A DNA stretch of 64,000 bases from an uncultured Candidatus Rokubacteria bacterium (GTDB lineage: Bacteria; Methylomirabilota; Methylomirabilia; Rokubacteriales; CSP1-6): contig CAVWFS010000019.1 in assembly GCA_963754315.1 (NCBI GenBank), positions 448,001 to 512,000 of the forward strand. Direction: 5' to 3'. The notes under the pieces are model-generated. The model ran no database searches. It saw nothing but the letters and a program-made list of their open reading frames with translations, and was not told where the DNA came from. A program made the position numbers and the translations under genes. Below are positions 20,458-31,224 of this stretch, piece after piece (the stretch's first letter is position 1; each line of letters begins with the position of its first letter).

Positions 20458-22060
20458 GTGAGCGACCTTGAGCATCTCGTCGGCGAGCGTCTGATGGTCG
20501 GCCTGCCGGGGACGACCTTGCGCGAGGAAGACGTTCGCCTGTTCCAGGACACGCACGCGGCCGGCCTCATTCTGTATCGGCGTAACTTCGAGAGTCCCGA
20601 GCAGCTCCTTCGGCTGCTCGACCAGCTCGAAGAGGCTCTCGGACGACGGCTTTTGGTGGCGACGGACCACGAGGGCGGCCGCATCGTCATGCTCGGCCGC
20701 GGCACCACCATATTCCCGGACAATCTCGCGGTGGGCACGGCCGGCGAGGAGGCCTTCGCCGCTCGACAGGGACTGATCGAGGCGCACGAGCTGCGCCGCC
20801 TCGGTGTCGATCTCAACCTGGGTCCATGTCTCGATGTCCTCACCGACCGCTACAGCCCGAACATCGGCATCCGCTCCTACGGCAAGGATCCCACCTTGGT
20901 CGCGCGCTACGGCGCCGCCCGCATCGCGGGCATGCGTCGCGGCGGTCTCTCCGCCTGCCCCAAGCACTTTCCGGGGAAAGGACATTCGCCCCTCGACGCG
21001 CACCTGCGCCTGCCAACGATCGACTCCTCGTGGGACGAGATGTTGAGTCTGCATCTGCCGCCGTTCTTCGCCGCCATCGAGCAGGGGGTGGAGTGCATCA
21101 TGACCTCGCACCCCGTCTATCCCAAGCTCGATTCTTCGGCCGTGCCCGCCACGTTCTCGCGGCTGATCGTCCACGACTATTTGCGGTCCGAGGTAGGGTT
21201 CCGCGGCGTGATCGTGTCGGACGACCTCGAGATGGGCGCGGTCACCGAGAGCTGCCCGATCGGGGAGGCGACGGTCCGCGCGGCGGGGGCCGGTCACGAC
21301 CTCCTGCTCGTCTGCCATACGGAGGCCGCCCAGCGCGCGGCGGCCACTGCCCTCGCCGAAGCCTACCGATCGGGCGAGCTACCGCGGCGCGAACTAGAGG
21401 TGTCAGCCGAACGCGTGCGAACTCTCCGCCTGCGACGCTCCAGGCGCGCTGAAGGCGGACCGGCGGCGCCGGAAGCCGATGGTCACGCGCTGGCCCGGGC
21501 CATCGCTGCCCGCGCGGTGACCGTCGTGTCCCCCGGGCGCCCCGAAATGAAGCGCGCCCTCAACGGCCGCGTCCTCGTCGTCTTTCCGCGCTTCTCGGAG
21601 CTCGCTGCACGGATCACCATCGAGGCGGCCCTCGTCCGACGAGCGTGCCTGGATCACCAGCGCCTGCGCGCCGCTCGGGTTCGCCCCGACCATCATGCTG
21701 GTCGGGATCGAGCCGAGCCGCGATGAGATCGAGAGGGCCGCCGAGGCATCGGCCGCTGCCGACGCAACCGTGTTGTTCCTCTACGACGCACACCTTTATC
21801 CAACGAATCGGCAGCTGCTGGACGTCGTCCAGGCGCGCGCAGAACCTCGCGGCCGTGCTGCTGCGCGACCCGTACGACGCAAGCTCTTGCCCCCGACACC
21901 TCGGGATCACCGCCTACGGCTTCCGGCAGTGCCAGCTCGAGCCGCGCTCGCCCGCCTCGCCCATTCGTGCCGCGCGCCGAGACGCTCGGGATCACCGCCT
22001 CACGGACCGCTCAGACACGTGCCGGCTCGCCGAGACGCGCTCTCGCTCCGCTTGCGCTGA
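20458..22060 (+). CDS. nagZ: Beta-N-acetylhexosaminidase (GH3), frameshifted near the 3' end
   Basis: DHEGG, KHFPGKG..DAH, MTSH and SDDLEMGA. The C-terminal domain continues in other frames (21695 and 21645 ORFs: VLFLYDAH, LLRDPYD, TAYGFR). End position approximate. Confidence 0.82.
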
Positions 22061-23551
22061 GAGGTCTGCGATCAGCGCGGCGCGTGCCAGAGGCGAGCAG
22101 GCGAGGGAGAGCGCGATCGTTCCCACCGTGCCCAGGATCACGAGCCAGGACCAGGCAGCGGCAAGATCCTGGTCTCGATGAGGACCAGCAGGGCCAGATT
22201 CACCAGCGCCATGACGATCATGGCTGCGACATTGGCGCCGTCCGCGACATGGCGCCGGGTGAGAAGACCGAGCAGAAACACGCCGAGCAGTGAGCCAAAC
22301 GTCACCCCGGCAATCTTGAACGCCAGCCACAGGATCCCCTCGAAGAACGAGAAGCCGTAGGCCAGCCCGGCCAGCAGCATCCCGAAAACCGCCACGCTGA
22401 CCCGCGAGACCCGGAGGTAGTGGCGCTCGGATCGGCCCCGGACGAGCAGCGGTCGGTAGATGTCGGTCACGAAGGACGAGGCAAGCGCGCCGAGCGGCGA
22501 ATCGATGGAGGCCAGCACGATCGCGCTCAGCATCAACCCGCGCAAGATGGGTGGCATGACCTGCTGGACGAAGTGAGGGACGATCTCGTCCGGACGCGAG
22601 ACGGTCAACGACGCGTGCTGCAGGTAGAAGGTATAGAGGGCGGCCCCGAGGCCGAGGTAGATCACCAGGGTGAGGGCGGTGCCGAGCGGGGTGATGGAGA
22701 GCGTGCGCTGGCTTTCCCGCCGCGTCTCCACGGTGAGCAGCCGCTGCATGAGGTCTTGATCGGTCCCGAAAGCGGCCATGGAGCCGATGAAGCCGTTGAG
22801 CACGGCCACCCACACGATGTTGGGATCGGCAAAGATCCGACGCCAGAAATCCGGGGCGTCTAGCCGCGGCCCCCAGTTGATCACGTTGAGCCGCCCGGCC
22901 TCTCCCGCCGTCCGAATGACGGCGGACACTCCACCATCGATGTGATCCACAATGAAGCCGAGCATCGCTGCGCCCGCCACGAGGAACATGAGCGCCTGGA
23001 AGACGTTGGTCCACACGAGGGCCCTGACCCCGCCGGCGGCCATGTACAGCACCGAGATCACCGTAAAGATCATGATGGTGGGCGCGAGCGACCACCCGAG
23101 CAGGATGGAAACGGCCAGGCAGGCTGCCATGAGGCGCACACCGGACCCGGCGAGCCGGGTGACGAAGAAGAAGATCGACGCGGTCACCTGACTCTGCTGG
23201 CCAAAGCGATGGCCGAGAAACTCGTAGATGGTGGTGACGTTATAACGATAGAAGGCGGGAATGAACAGAAAGGCCACCGCCCACTTGGCCAGGCTGGAGC
23301 CCACGAAGAACTGCACGTACTCCCAATTCTCGCGATAGGCGGTGGCCGGGACCGAGATGATGGTGACCGCGCTGATCTCGGTAGCCAGGAAGGACAGGCG
23401 CCGCCGCCCACCACGGAATGTGGCGGCGAGCCAGGAAGAAGTCCACGGTATCGCGCTGGCGGGCGAAGCGCGCGCCGATGCCAAGGAGCACCGCCAGCGA
23501 CACAAGCAGGATCGCATAGTCGGGCCACGTGAGCCGGGAGGCGCCAGGCAC
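21992..23551 (-). CDS. Sodium:solute symporter (SSS family), frameshifted
   Basis: N-terminus DYAIL..DFFLARRHIPWW (23240 ORF), body SFLATEISAVT..GTDQDLMQRLL (22138 ORF) and last TM helix in the 21992 ORF. Confidence 0.85.
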
Positions 23552-23618
23552 GCGACATTATATGAGAGTGCCTCCCCGTGCCTTGAAAGGACGGGCCCCA
23601 CGATCCATAGTCATCCCC

Positions 23619-24522
23619 ATGACGTCTGCGCATGCTGCCCGGATCCCCGGCTCACGATCTGTGCGGCAGGAGCAGCTGGCTGTCGGCGTCGATGTGGGCG
23701 GCACCTGGATTCGCATGCGTGCTTTCATTGGCGGACACCTGGCCGCCCGCGCCGCGGAGCGCAGGACGCGCACGGCGGAGATCGCCGCCTTCCTGGCCGA
23801 GGTCTGGCAGCGCCAGCGCTGGCGCCCCACGCGGATTGCCGCGCTCGTCGTGGCCTCCAACGGGATCTGGACCCCGCACGAATGCAGCAGCATGGCCCAC
23901 CGACTCTCCCCCTTCGCCGTGCGCGTGCGGGTGATCCCCGATGCGCAGGCCGCCGCCTTGGGTGCGCTCGACGGACAACCCGGTGTGCTCGTCCTCTCCG
24001 GAACCGGGTCCATCGTGGTCGGACACGATGGCCGCGGGCGCTGGGAACGTGCGGGCGGGTTCGGCCCGCTGCTGGGTGACGAGGGCTCGGGATTCTGGCT
24101 CGGCCGCGAGTGGCTGCGCGCGACGGTGGCTGGAGACTTCGAGGCCGTGCGTACGCTGGCCCATGCGTCCAAGCCGGTATCCGCCATCGCCGCCCTGGCC
24201 CCGATGGTCATCGCCCGCGCGCAGCGTGGGGATCGACGGGCGCGGAGAATCGTCGCGGCGGGCCAGGCGCACCTGGCCGCCAACGCCGCCGTCATCGCGC
24301 GCCGACTTCTCCTGCCGACTCCCGTGACCATGAGCTGGGCCGGCGGCGTGCTGGCCGACCCGTGGTTCCGCGCGGGGGTGATGCGAGCTGTGGCCGCGGA
24401 GCGGACTGAGGACACACTGGATTGCCCCGAGAGTGACCGGGTTGATCGCCGCAGGGAGGCTCGCCCAGGAACTGGCCATGGGGCCGACGGCCCTGCGGCA
24501 CCGGCGGACGGGCGAGCCATAG
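23619..24522 (+). CDS. BadF/BadG/BcrA/BcrD-type N-acetylhexosamine kinase (MurK/NagK-like), one frameshift near 24400
   Basis: VGVDVGGT, LSGTGS and GGFGPLLGDEGSGFWLG. An alternative-frame tail SGLRTHWIAPRV...TGEP* ends at TAG 24520-24522. Confidence 0.8.
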
Positions 24523-24926
24523 TGACCGATCGTCTACCGTCCCCCGGGCGTCGGCTCGTCATCTCCGTGTGTCCGCGTGAGGCCGGCACCGTTACCTTAG
24601 CGGTCGAGCGCGGTCAGCGGCGCCGACGCCTGGATGCCCGTGGGATTCTCCGCGAATTGCAGGGTCTCGTCGACCGTCGAGGACTCGGACACCTCGTGAG
24701 CGTGCGTGAGGGATGCGCCGGCGGCTGTTACGCCACCGGCCCCAACGTCAGCCTGACCATTCACACCGTTCCCTCTCCAGGTCGGCGTCCCGACAACATC
24801 GCCATCGGCTGGCACAGCTATGTCGGTTCGCTCGACACCCTGGACTGTCTGGCCGCGATCGTGGACGCGCACCTTGCCCCGCCAGCGCGCGCGCCATGGC
24901 CTTCACCGCCCCTCGCTCAGACCTGA
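24522..24926 (+). CDS. Thioredoxin-like (2Fe-2S) ferredoxin-domain protein
   Basis: GTG overlaps the kinase TAG. ISVC...EGCAGGC..GPNV resembles the Trx-like ferredoxin fold. Confidence 0.55.
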   Translation: MTDRLPSPGRRLVISVCPREAGTVTLAVERGQRRRRLDARGILRELQGLVDRRGLGHLVSVREGCAGGCYATGPNVSLTIHTVPSPGRRPDNIAIGWHSYVGSLDTLDCLAAIVDAHLAPPARAPWPSPPLAQT

Positions 24927-24946
24927 CAAAACGTCCGTCTCCGTGG

Positions 24947-25260
24947 ATGCGGTTGCACGAGACCTACACCATCACCACCAGCAGTCCGTTCATCCTGCCT
25001 CTGCCCGTCGACGTCTGGAACATCACCGACGAGTTCGACACGTTTAACAATGTCTATGGTGTCCAGCTCGGCGTGCGCGGGCGCTACGACTGGGGACGAT
25101 TCTTCGCAAGCGACAGCCTCAAGTTCGCCATGGGGGCCATGGTGTTCGCTAGCTTCACATTTCTCTACACGAACACATCGTCCGGGCCTCAAACTTCCGG
25201 TTCTAGCCGCCCAGCGCAGTACGCCCTCTCTGTGGGAACGCCAGCTGTCACGCCTCTTGC
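24947..25260 (+). pseudogene. Fragment of an outer-membrane beta-barrel gene (BBP7-like)
   Basis: WNITDEFDTFNNVYGVQLGVRGRYDWGRFF..LKFAMG looks like alternating beta-strands, with no signal peptide and no complete C-terminus. Family call is from recall only. Confidence 0.4.
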
Positions 25261-25261
25261 A

Positions 25262-26554
25262 CTATCGCCGGCGGCGACCTGTGGAGACCGCGTACACGAG
25301 AGGGCCGGTGAGCGCAGCCAGGACACCGACGAAAGTGTTCTTCCAGCCGGCGGTGGCCATGGCAAGCAGACACAGGGCGGTCGGTAGGAGCACGGCGATC
25401 AGCATGCCCGCCGAGCCTCCGGGGACCCGCCACGGTCGCACAATATCCAGATGGCGCATCCGCAGCCGCACGAACGCGGCAAGCTCGACGATGAGGGTGA
25501 GCGAATAGAGCCAGATGTTGAGGACGATCAGTTCCTTGAACGAGAAGGCGGCGAAGCCCGCGTAGAAGAGGGCAGAGACAAGCACGGCCGCCCACGGCGT
25601 CCCGAAGCGCGGGTGAACGGCGCCGAGCCAGGCGCCAAGGTGGCCATCCCGCGCGAGCACGTAGGGTAGCCGCGAGTTCGTGAGGAGCAGCGACAGGAAG
25701 AGGCCGCTCGTGCTCACCACCGCCCCCGCGGCGAGGGCATGCCCGAGCCAGGGGCCGCCGATCTTCTCCGCGATGCGGGGGAGAGCACCCGTGTCCCACG
25801 CTGTCCAGCCGATCGTCCCGCTCGCCAGCCCAACGGTTACCGGCAACAGATAAGCCGCAGCGATGATCGGAAGGGCGACGAACAGGGCCGTGCGGAAAGC
25901 GCGTTCGGGCGCCCGGGTCTCGCCGAGAGTCGTGGAGGGAGTGTCCCAGCCCGAATAGTTCCACATCATCACGGCCAGCCCGAGCCCAAGTCCGCCCACG
26001 AGACTCTGCTCCTCGGTCATGAACGGTCGCCAGGGAGCGACCGACATCGAGGTCGCGCCGACCACGACGAGGAGCGCCACCGGTGTCAGAGCCAGCATAC
26101 CGAGCACCACCGCCGCACGACCGACCGGCCTCACGCCGACGAGGTTCAGACCAGTCAGCACGACGATGAAGACCAACGCCCACAGCCAGCGCTCGCCCGG
26201 GCCCATCTCGGGACGCCAGAAGCGCGCATATTCCACGAAGAGGGTGGGATACACCGCCACATCGACGAAACTATTGATCCAGCTCCACCAGCCGACCTGA
26301 AAGCCCCAGTAGCGTCCGAAGGCGCGCGTGACCCACGTCACGTACCCGCCCTCGTCGGGCATGGCCGAGGCCATCTCCGACATGACGAGGGCGACGGGCA
26401 GGCTCCAGATGAGCGGAGTGAGAATCAGGAGCGTCAACGCGAGGCCCGGCCCGAAGGACGACACGGCATCCTCGATGCCGTACGGTCCTCCGCTCACGTT
26501 GAAGAAGACGATGGCCGCGAGCGACGCGAGCCCGAGCTCGCGCCGGAGGGCGAT
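25262..26554 (-). CDS. APC family amino acid/polyamine permease
   Basis: LRRELG..VSGGPYGIE, EMASAMPDEGG.V.WV.RAFG, WNYSGWD and RPWRVPGG. Start uncertain (possible ATC at 26554). Confidence 0.88.
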   Translation of the reverse strand: MALRRELGLASLAAIVFFNVSGGPYGIEDAVSSFGPGLALTLLILTPLIWSLPVALVMSEMASAMPDEGGYVTWVTRAFGRYWGFQVGWWSWINSFVDVAVYPTLFVEYARFWRPEMGPGERWLWALVFIVVLTGLNLVGVRPVGRAAVVLGMLALTPVALLVVVGATSMSVAPWRPFMTEEQSLVGGLGLGLAVMMWNYSGWDTPSTTLGETRAPERAFRTALFVALPIIAAAYLLPVTVGLASGTIGWTAWDTGALPRIAEKIGGPWLGHALAAGAVVSTSGLFLSLLLTNSRLPYVLARDGHLGAWLGAVHPRFGTPWAAVLVSALFYAGFAAFSFKELIVLNIWLYSLTLIVELAAFVRLRMRHLDIVRPWRVPGGSAGMLIAVLLPTALCLLAMATAGWKNTFVGVLAALTGPLVYAVSTGRRRR

Positions 26555-26558
26555 GAGG

Positions 26559-26783
26559 CTACCTCCCCTGCGCGGCAGCGATGAGTCCGGGCAGCTCCTT
26601 GACCCACTCCTCGATGGGCGTCTGGGCATCCACGGTGATCTCGAGCTTTCCGTTGGGAAGTCGTCGCACCTTGCCGGGAGAAGCCGGGCCGAGCGGGATC
26701 ACCAGCATCTCGCGATGGACTCCGAGCGCGTCAGTCACCTCGAAGATCGCGTCGATCTCCTTCATGGTCACGACCTGGAGCAT
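26559..26783 (-). CDS. Small hypothetical protein
   Basis: 74 aa (MLQVVTMKEIDAIFEVTDALG...) with RBS GAGGG, co-oriented in an operon. Confidence 0.7.
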   Translation of the reverse strand: MLQVVTMKEIDAIFEVTDALGVHREMLVIPLGPASPGKVRRLPNGKLEITVDAQTPIEEWVKELPGLIAAAQGR

Positions 26784-26793
26784 GGATGTGCCC

Positions 26794-27834
26794 TCAGACC
26801 GCCGTGGCGACGCCGCGCTCGGAGGCGCAGGCCTGGATCTGCCGCCACGTCTCATCTTCGACAGGGATACCGTTGGCCCGCCGCTCGCGCGCCAAGCGCT
26901 CTTCCGGCTCGCCGGGAATCACGATCTCCTTGGCCCCCGCCGCCAGAGGCGTCGCTTTCACGAAGTCGAAGTGAGCCGCCACCTGACGATGAAAGTCGGC
27001 CAGGGGCAGAAAGCGCGTCACGTCGAGGCAGATCATCAAGGTGCCGTTCCGGAAGGGCGAGGGATCAGGGCCGGCGGCGCCCGTCCCGGACAGGATGCCG
27101 GCCAGGATCTCGACGGCCAGCGAGAGGCCGTAGCCCTTGTGTTCCCCGGCCGTGAGCAGCGAGCCCGGCGGTTCGGTGTAGAAGCGGCGCGGATCGTTCG
27201 AGGGCTCGCCAACTCCGTCGAGCATGATTCCAGCTGGCACGGTCTCGCCGCGGTTGAACTTGACCCGCAACTTTCCTTCGGCCCACACGCTCGTGGCGAA
27301 GTCGAGCGACATCGCCACGGTGCCTCCAGGGCCAGGGATGGCGATGGCGTGCGGGTTGGTTCCCAACCGTCGGGCCGCTCCGCCCCACGGCGCCACGTTG
27401 AGGCCACCGACCGCATTGACCCACAGCATGCCGACGAGTCCCTCCCTCGCCGCCGTCTCCGCATAGTCGGCCAGCCGCCCGACGTGAGTGGTTCCCCGCA
27501 GCCCCACTGCCGAGAGCCCCTGGCTCTTGGCTTTGGCGATGGCCAGGTCGATGCCGCGCCGGGCGACCACCTGGCCTAGCCCGCGATCGCCGTCGAGGAC
27601 GGCAAGCGTCGGAGCCTCGATGACCGTCGCGATGTGGGGCGCAGGGTTGATGTGCCCGGTCTTCAGGCCGTTCACATACTGGGGGATGCGGATGACCCCG
27701 TGCGAATCGTGGCCGCGCAGGTTGGCCAGGACGAGCTGGCGGGCCACCCACACCGCGTCGTCTTTGGGTACGGCCCAGCCGACGAAGATCTCCCGGGTGA
27801 TGCGCTCTAGCGTCTCGGCGCCGATACTGGGCAT
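26794..27834 (-). CDS. Ldh_2 family (malate/L-lactate/ureidoglycolate dehydrogenase-like) oxidoreductase
   Basis: ANLRGHDSHG, HVGRL, LGTNP, DFATS, HKGYGL and IPGEPE. Confidence 0.92.
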   Translation of the reverse strand: MPSIGAETLERITREIFVGWAVPKDDAVWVARQLVLANLRGHDSHGVIRIPQYVNGLKTGHINPAPHIATVIEAPTLAVLDGDRGLGQVVARRGIDLAIAKAKSQGLSAVGLRGTTHVGRLADYAETAAREGLVGMLWVNAVGGLNVAPWGGAARRLGTNPHAIAIPGPGGTVAMSLDFATSVWAEGKLRVKFNRGETVPAGIMLDGVGEPSNDPRRFYTEPPGSLLTAGEHKGYGLSLAVEILAGILSGTGAAGPDPSPFRNGTLMICLDVTRFLPLADFHRQVAAHFDFVKATPLAAGAKEIVIPGEPEERLARERRANGIPVEDETWRQIQACASERGVATAV

Positions 27835-27903
27835 GGACAGGCTCCTTGGCGATGATGGCTCGGCATCGAGCCCCTGAGGGCCCTTGCTAGACTACCGAGC
27901 GGA

Positions 27904-28866
27904 ATGGCCAAAGGCGAGCCCGAAAAGATCCGTCTCGGCGTCTCGGCCTGTCTGCTCGGCGAGCCGGTCCGTTTCGACGGTGGTCACAAGCGCGATCCAT
28001 TCCTCGTCGATACCCTGGGCCCGTTCGTGGAGTGGGTGGCCGTGTGTCCGGAAGTCGAGATCGGGCTGTCGACGCCCCGCGACACCTTGCGCCTGGTCGG
28101 CGCCGAGGATGCCCCACGCCTGGTCGTCGAGAAGACGGGCCAGGACCTCACGGAGCGGATGCGGCGCTACGCGCGGGACAGGATCGAGCAGCTCGCCGCC
28201 TTGAACCTGCACGGCTATGTCCTCAAGCGCGCCTCGCCGTCGTGCGGCCTCTTTCGCGTGCGGGTCTACCCCGAGAGCGGAATCCCGCAGACCGGCGGGC
28301 GCGGCCTCTTCGCCGCCGAGCTCGCGCAACGTCTCCCCTTGCTTCCCGTCGAAGAAGAGGGGCGCCTGAGCGATTCGCGGATCCGCGAGAACTTCATCGA
28401 GCGCGTCTTCGCCACCGCGCGCTGGCAGGCCTTGCGCCATGCCAAGCCGCGGCCCGCCGACCTCGTCGCCTTCCACGCTGCCCAGAAGTTCGCGATCCTT
28501 GCCCACAGCCCACATCACTACGCTACCCTCGGTCGGCAGGTAGCCAGAGCGGGCCGGATCCTCACCGGGGCCAAGCTCGACTCGTATGGCGCCCTTCTCA
28601 TGGAAGCGCTGGCCGTGCCGGCGACACGTCAACGTCACACCAACGTGCTGCAGCACCTGGCAGGCTTCTTCAAGAAACAGCTTCACGGGGACGAGCGCGC
28701 CGAGCTGATGGAAGTGATCGACGAGTACCGCCGGGGTCTGGTTCCCCTCGTCGTGCCCCTCACGCTCGTCCAGCACCATGTCCGCCGCCTCAACGTGACC
28801 TACCTCGCCGATCAGGTCTATCTGCGCCCGCATCCGAAGGAGCTGATGCTCCGGAACCACGTGTAG
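27904..28866 (+). CDS. DUF523 (TudS-like Fe-S desulfidase) + DUF1722 protein (YbgA family)
   Basis: GVSACLLGEPVRFDGGHK, CPEVEIG..PR, SPSCG, EEEGRL and YL.PHP.EL.LRNHV. Confidence 0.9.
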   Translation: MAKGEPEKIRLGVSACLLGEPVRFDGGHKRDPFLVDTLGPFVEWVAVCPEVEIGLSTPRDTLRLVGAEDAPRLVVEKTGQDLTERMRRYARDRIEQLAALNLHGYVLKRASPSCGLFRVRVYPESGIPQTGGRGLFAAELAQRLPLLPVEEEGRLSDSRIRENFIERVFATARWQALRHAKPRPADLVAFHAAQKFAILAHSPHHYATLGRQVARAGRILTGAKLDSYGALLMEALAVPATRQRHTNVLQHLAGFFKKQLHGDERAELMEVIDEYRRGLVPLVVPLTLVQHHVRRLNVTYLADQVYLRPHPKELMLRNHV

Positions 28867-28889
28867 GGCCGGTCGGGACGTCGCGTTTC

Positions 28890-30313
28890 TCAGGGCTCGA
28901 CGCCGAGGGCGCGAGCCGCCGCCGTCTCTCCCGAGTGGATGCAATCGGAGATGCCCACGCCACGGTAGCCGCCCCCCGCCAGCACGAGACCGGGCAAGCT
29001 GTCGACAGCCCGCATGATTGCCGCGATCCGATCGATGTGCCCGACCCGATACTGGGGCATGGCAAAGGGCCAGCGATGTACACGAGCGAGGATGGGTGCG
29101 GCGGTGACGCCGAGAGCCGCCCGCAATTCGGCACGGGCGGTGGCCAGTAGATCGTCGTCGCTGCCGTCCAGCACGCGCTCGTTCAACGCTCCGCCCAGGA
29201 AGCAGCGAAGCAGGGCCGTGCCCTCGGGTGCGCGCCCGGGATACTTCACGCTCGAGAACGTGCATGCGAGGATGGCGCGTCCCTCGACGCGGGGGACGAC
29301 AAAGCCGAACCCGTCCAGCGGATGAGGGATGTCCGGCCGTCGATAGGCCACAGTCACCGTCGCCGACGAGGCGTATGGAATGTCGGAGAGGAGCGCGGCC
29401 ACGGCAGGATCGACGTAGCGCAGCAGCCGACCAGTCACCGGGGCCTCGGTGGCCACGATGACTCGATCTGCAACGATGCTCTGGCCGCCCACGGTCGCCA
29501 CACGCCAGGCTGAGCCCGTGCGCTCGATCCCGGTCACGCGGTGTTCGAGCGCGACGGCTTCCGCGGGCAACCGCGCGGCAAGCGCTTCCACCAGCTCCCC
29601 CATGCCGTCCTTGAAGGTGACAAAGAGGCTCCAGCGCGCTCCGCTCGTTCCGGGCTCTCGCGTGCGGCGTCCCGCCCGCCAGAGCGCGAGGATGACGCTG
29701 CGTTCGCGCCGCTCGAGCTCCAGAAAGCGCGGCATGGTTGCGGCCAGGCTCAGATCGTCGGGGTCGGCCGTGTAGATTCCGGCCACCAGCGGCTGGGCCA
29801 CCCGTTCCAAGGCCTCGGCCCCCAGCCGGCGGCGGACGAACGAGCCCAAGCTCTCGTCGGTGTCGACCACCTGGGGCCGCAGACCTCCCCCGCGGGGCAG
29901 CGCGACTTCCAACGCCATGCGAAGCTTACCGGGCCACGAGAAGAGCCCGGAGCCGACGAATGGCCCCAGGCGCGTCGGGGCAAGGAGCTGAAAGCCCTCG
30001 GGCAACGGATACAGACGTCCGCGCGACCATACGAAGGTGCGCCGGAACCGATCGTCGGTCCGGAATCAATCGATGCTCGATACCGAGCCGATGGCAGAGG
30101 TCCAGCGCCCACGGTTTTTCTGAGATGAACGAGTCGGGGCCCGCCTCCAGCAGGAAGCCGTCGCTGCCGCTCACTCTCGACGGTTCCTCCCAGGCGGGCG
30201 CGCGCCTCGAGGAGAGTCAGGTCGAGTGCGAGACCACGCTCGTGGGCGAGCTGCGCCGCGCGCCACGCGGCCGTGAGCCCGGTGATGCCACCTCCGATGA
30301 CAACGAGCCTTAT
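28890..30313 (-). CDS. hemY: HemY-type copro/protoporphyrinogen oxidase, frameshifted in the 5' region
   Basis: Hand translation from 30313: (I)RLVVIGGGITGLTAA..LLEARARLGG, then EAGPDSF (29926 ORF), then body to RW..AMPQYRVGH and GVGISDCI. Start reads ATA overlapping the hemH TAA. Confidence 0.88.
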
Positions 30314-31224
30314 CGGCTGTCCCTCACCAGGTGAGCCAGCATGGCGATGAACTCGGGATGATCGCTCACCGTCCGCGCTCGATGGATCGTCATCCCGTGC
30401 TCACGGGCAATGGCGCGCGCCTCGATGTCAAGGTCGTAGAGGATCTCCACGTGGTCGCAGACGAAGCCGATGGGGACGATGACCGTGTGCTTCTCGCCGT
30501 CGGCGGCCAGGCTCCTCACGACGTCGGTGATGTCGGGTCCGAGCCAGGGGTCCTTGGCATTCCCGCTCCGGCTCTGGTACGCGAGAGTGAGCCGCGGATG
30601 CTCGAGCCGCTCGATGACGGCGTGCGCCGCCTGCTCGAAGTCGGAGACGTACGGTGAGGCCTCGGCCATGGCCACCGGGACGCTATGGGCAGTGAACACC
30701 ATCGGCGTCCAGCGCCGGTCATCCTGGGGAACTTCGTCCAGGGCAGCTTCGGTCCGGTCGGTGACCGCCGCAATGAAGAGCGGATGCAGGCCCCAGGCCG
30801 GGGCGAAGAGCACCTCGGGAGAGTCGGGGGTTCTCGCGCGCGCCTCCGCCACGTCGGTCATGTATCGATCCCAGGATGCCTCCGTCCGGAAAGACGACAG
30901 GATGATCCCGAGCGTCTGGCGGTGACCCTTGACCGCCATCTCGGCCAGGGTCTCGTGAAGGAACGGGTGCCAGTTTCGCTGGCCCACGAAGACAGGCAGC
31001 CGAATGTCCTCGGCGCGCAGCAGCCTTTCGAGGGCCATGGCCTGGGCCCGCGTCAGCTCGTTGATGGGGGAACGTCCACCCGGCATCTGCTGGTAGTGCC
31101 GGACGACCTCCTCCAGACGCTCCGCCGGGATCCGTCGTCCTCGCGCGACGACTTCCAGGAACGGGCGGACCTCGGACTGGTCGGTGGGCCCGCCGAAACC
31201 GATGAGGAGCACCGAGTCGATCAC
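30310..31224 (-). CDS. hemH: Ferrochelatase (probably coproheme-forming, CpfC type)
   Basis: LLIGFGGP, RNWHPF, FTAHSVP, YQSRSG..PWLGPD and PIGFVCDHVEILYDLD. Confidence 0.93.
   Translation of the reverse strand: MIDSVLLIGFGGPTDQSEVRPFLEVVARGRRIPAERLEEVVRHYQQMPGGRSPINELTRAQAMALERLLRAEDIRLPVFVGQRNWHPFLHETLAEMAVKGHRQTLGIILSSFRTEASWDRYMTDVAEARARTPDSPEVLFAPAWGLHPLFIAAVTDRTEAALDEVPQDDRRWTPMVFTAHSVPVAMAEASPYVSDFEQAAHAVIERLEHPRLTLAYQSRSGNAKDPWLGPDITDVVRSLAADGEKHTVIVPIGFVCDHVEILYDLDIEARAIAREHGMTIHRARTVSDHPEFIAMLAHLVRDSR

Noticed and set aside
23529..24926. Apparent 465-aa sugar kinase-ferredoxin fusion
   Set aside because: A shifted frame gives a plausible kinase C-terminus ending in a TAG that overlaps a GTG at 24522. 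The linker reads as out-of-frame sequence, so two genes plus one indel is more likely.
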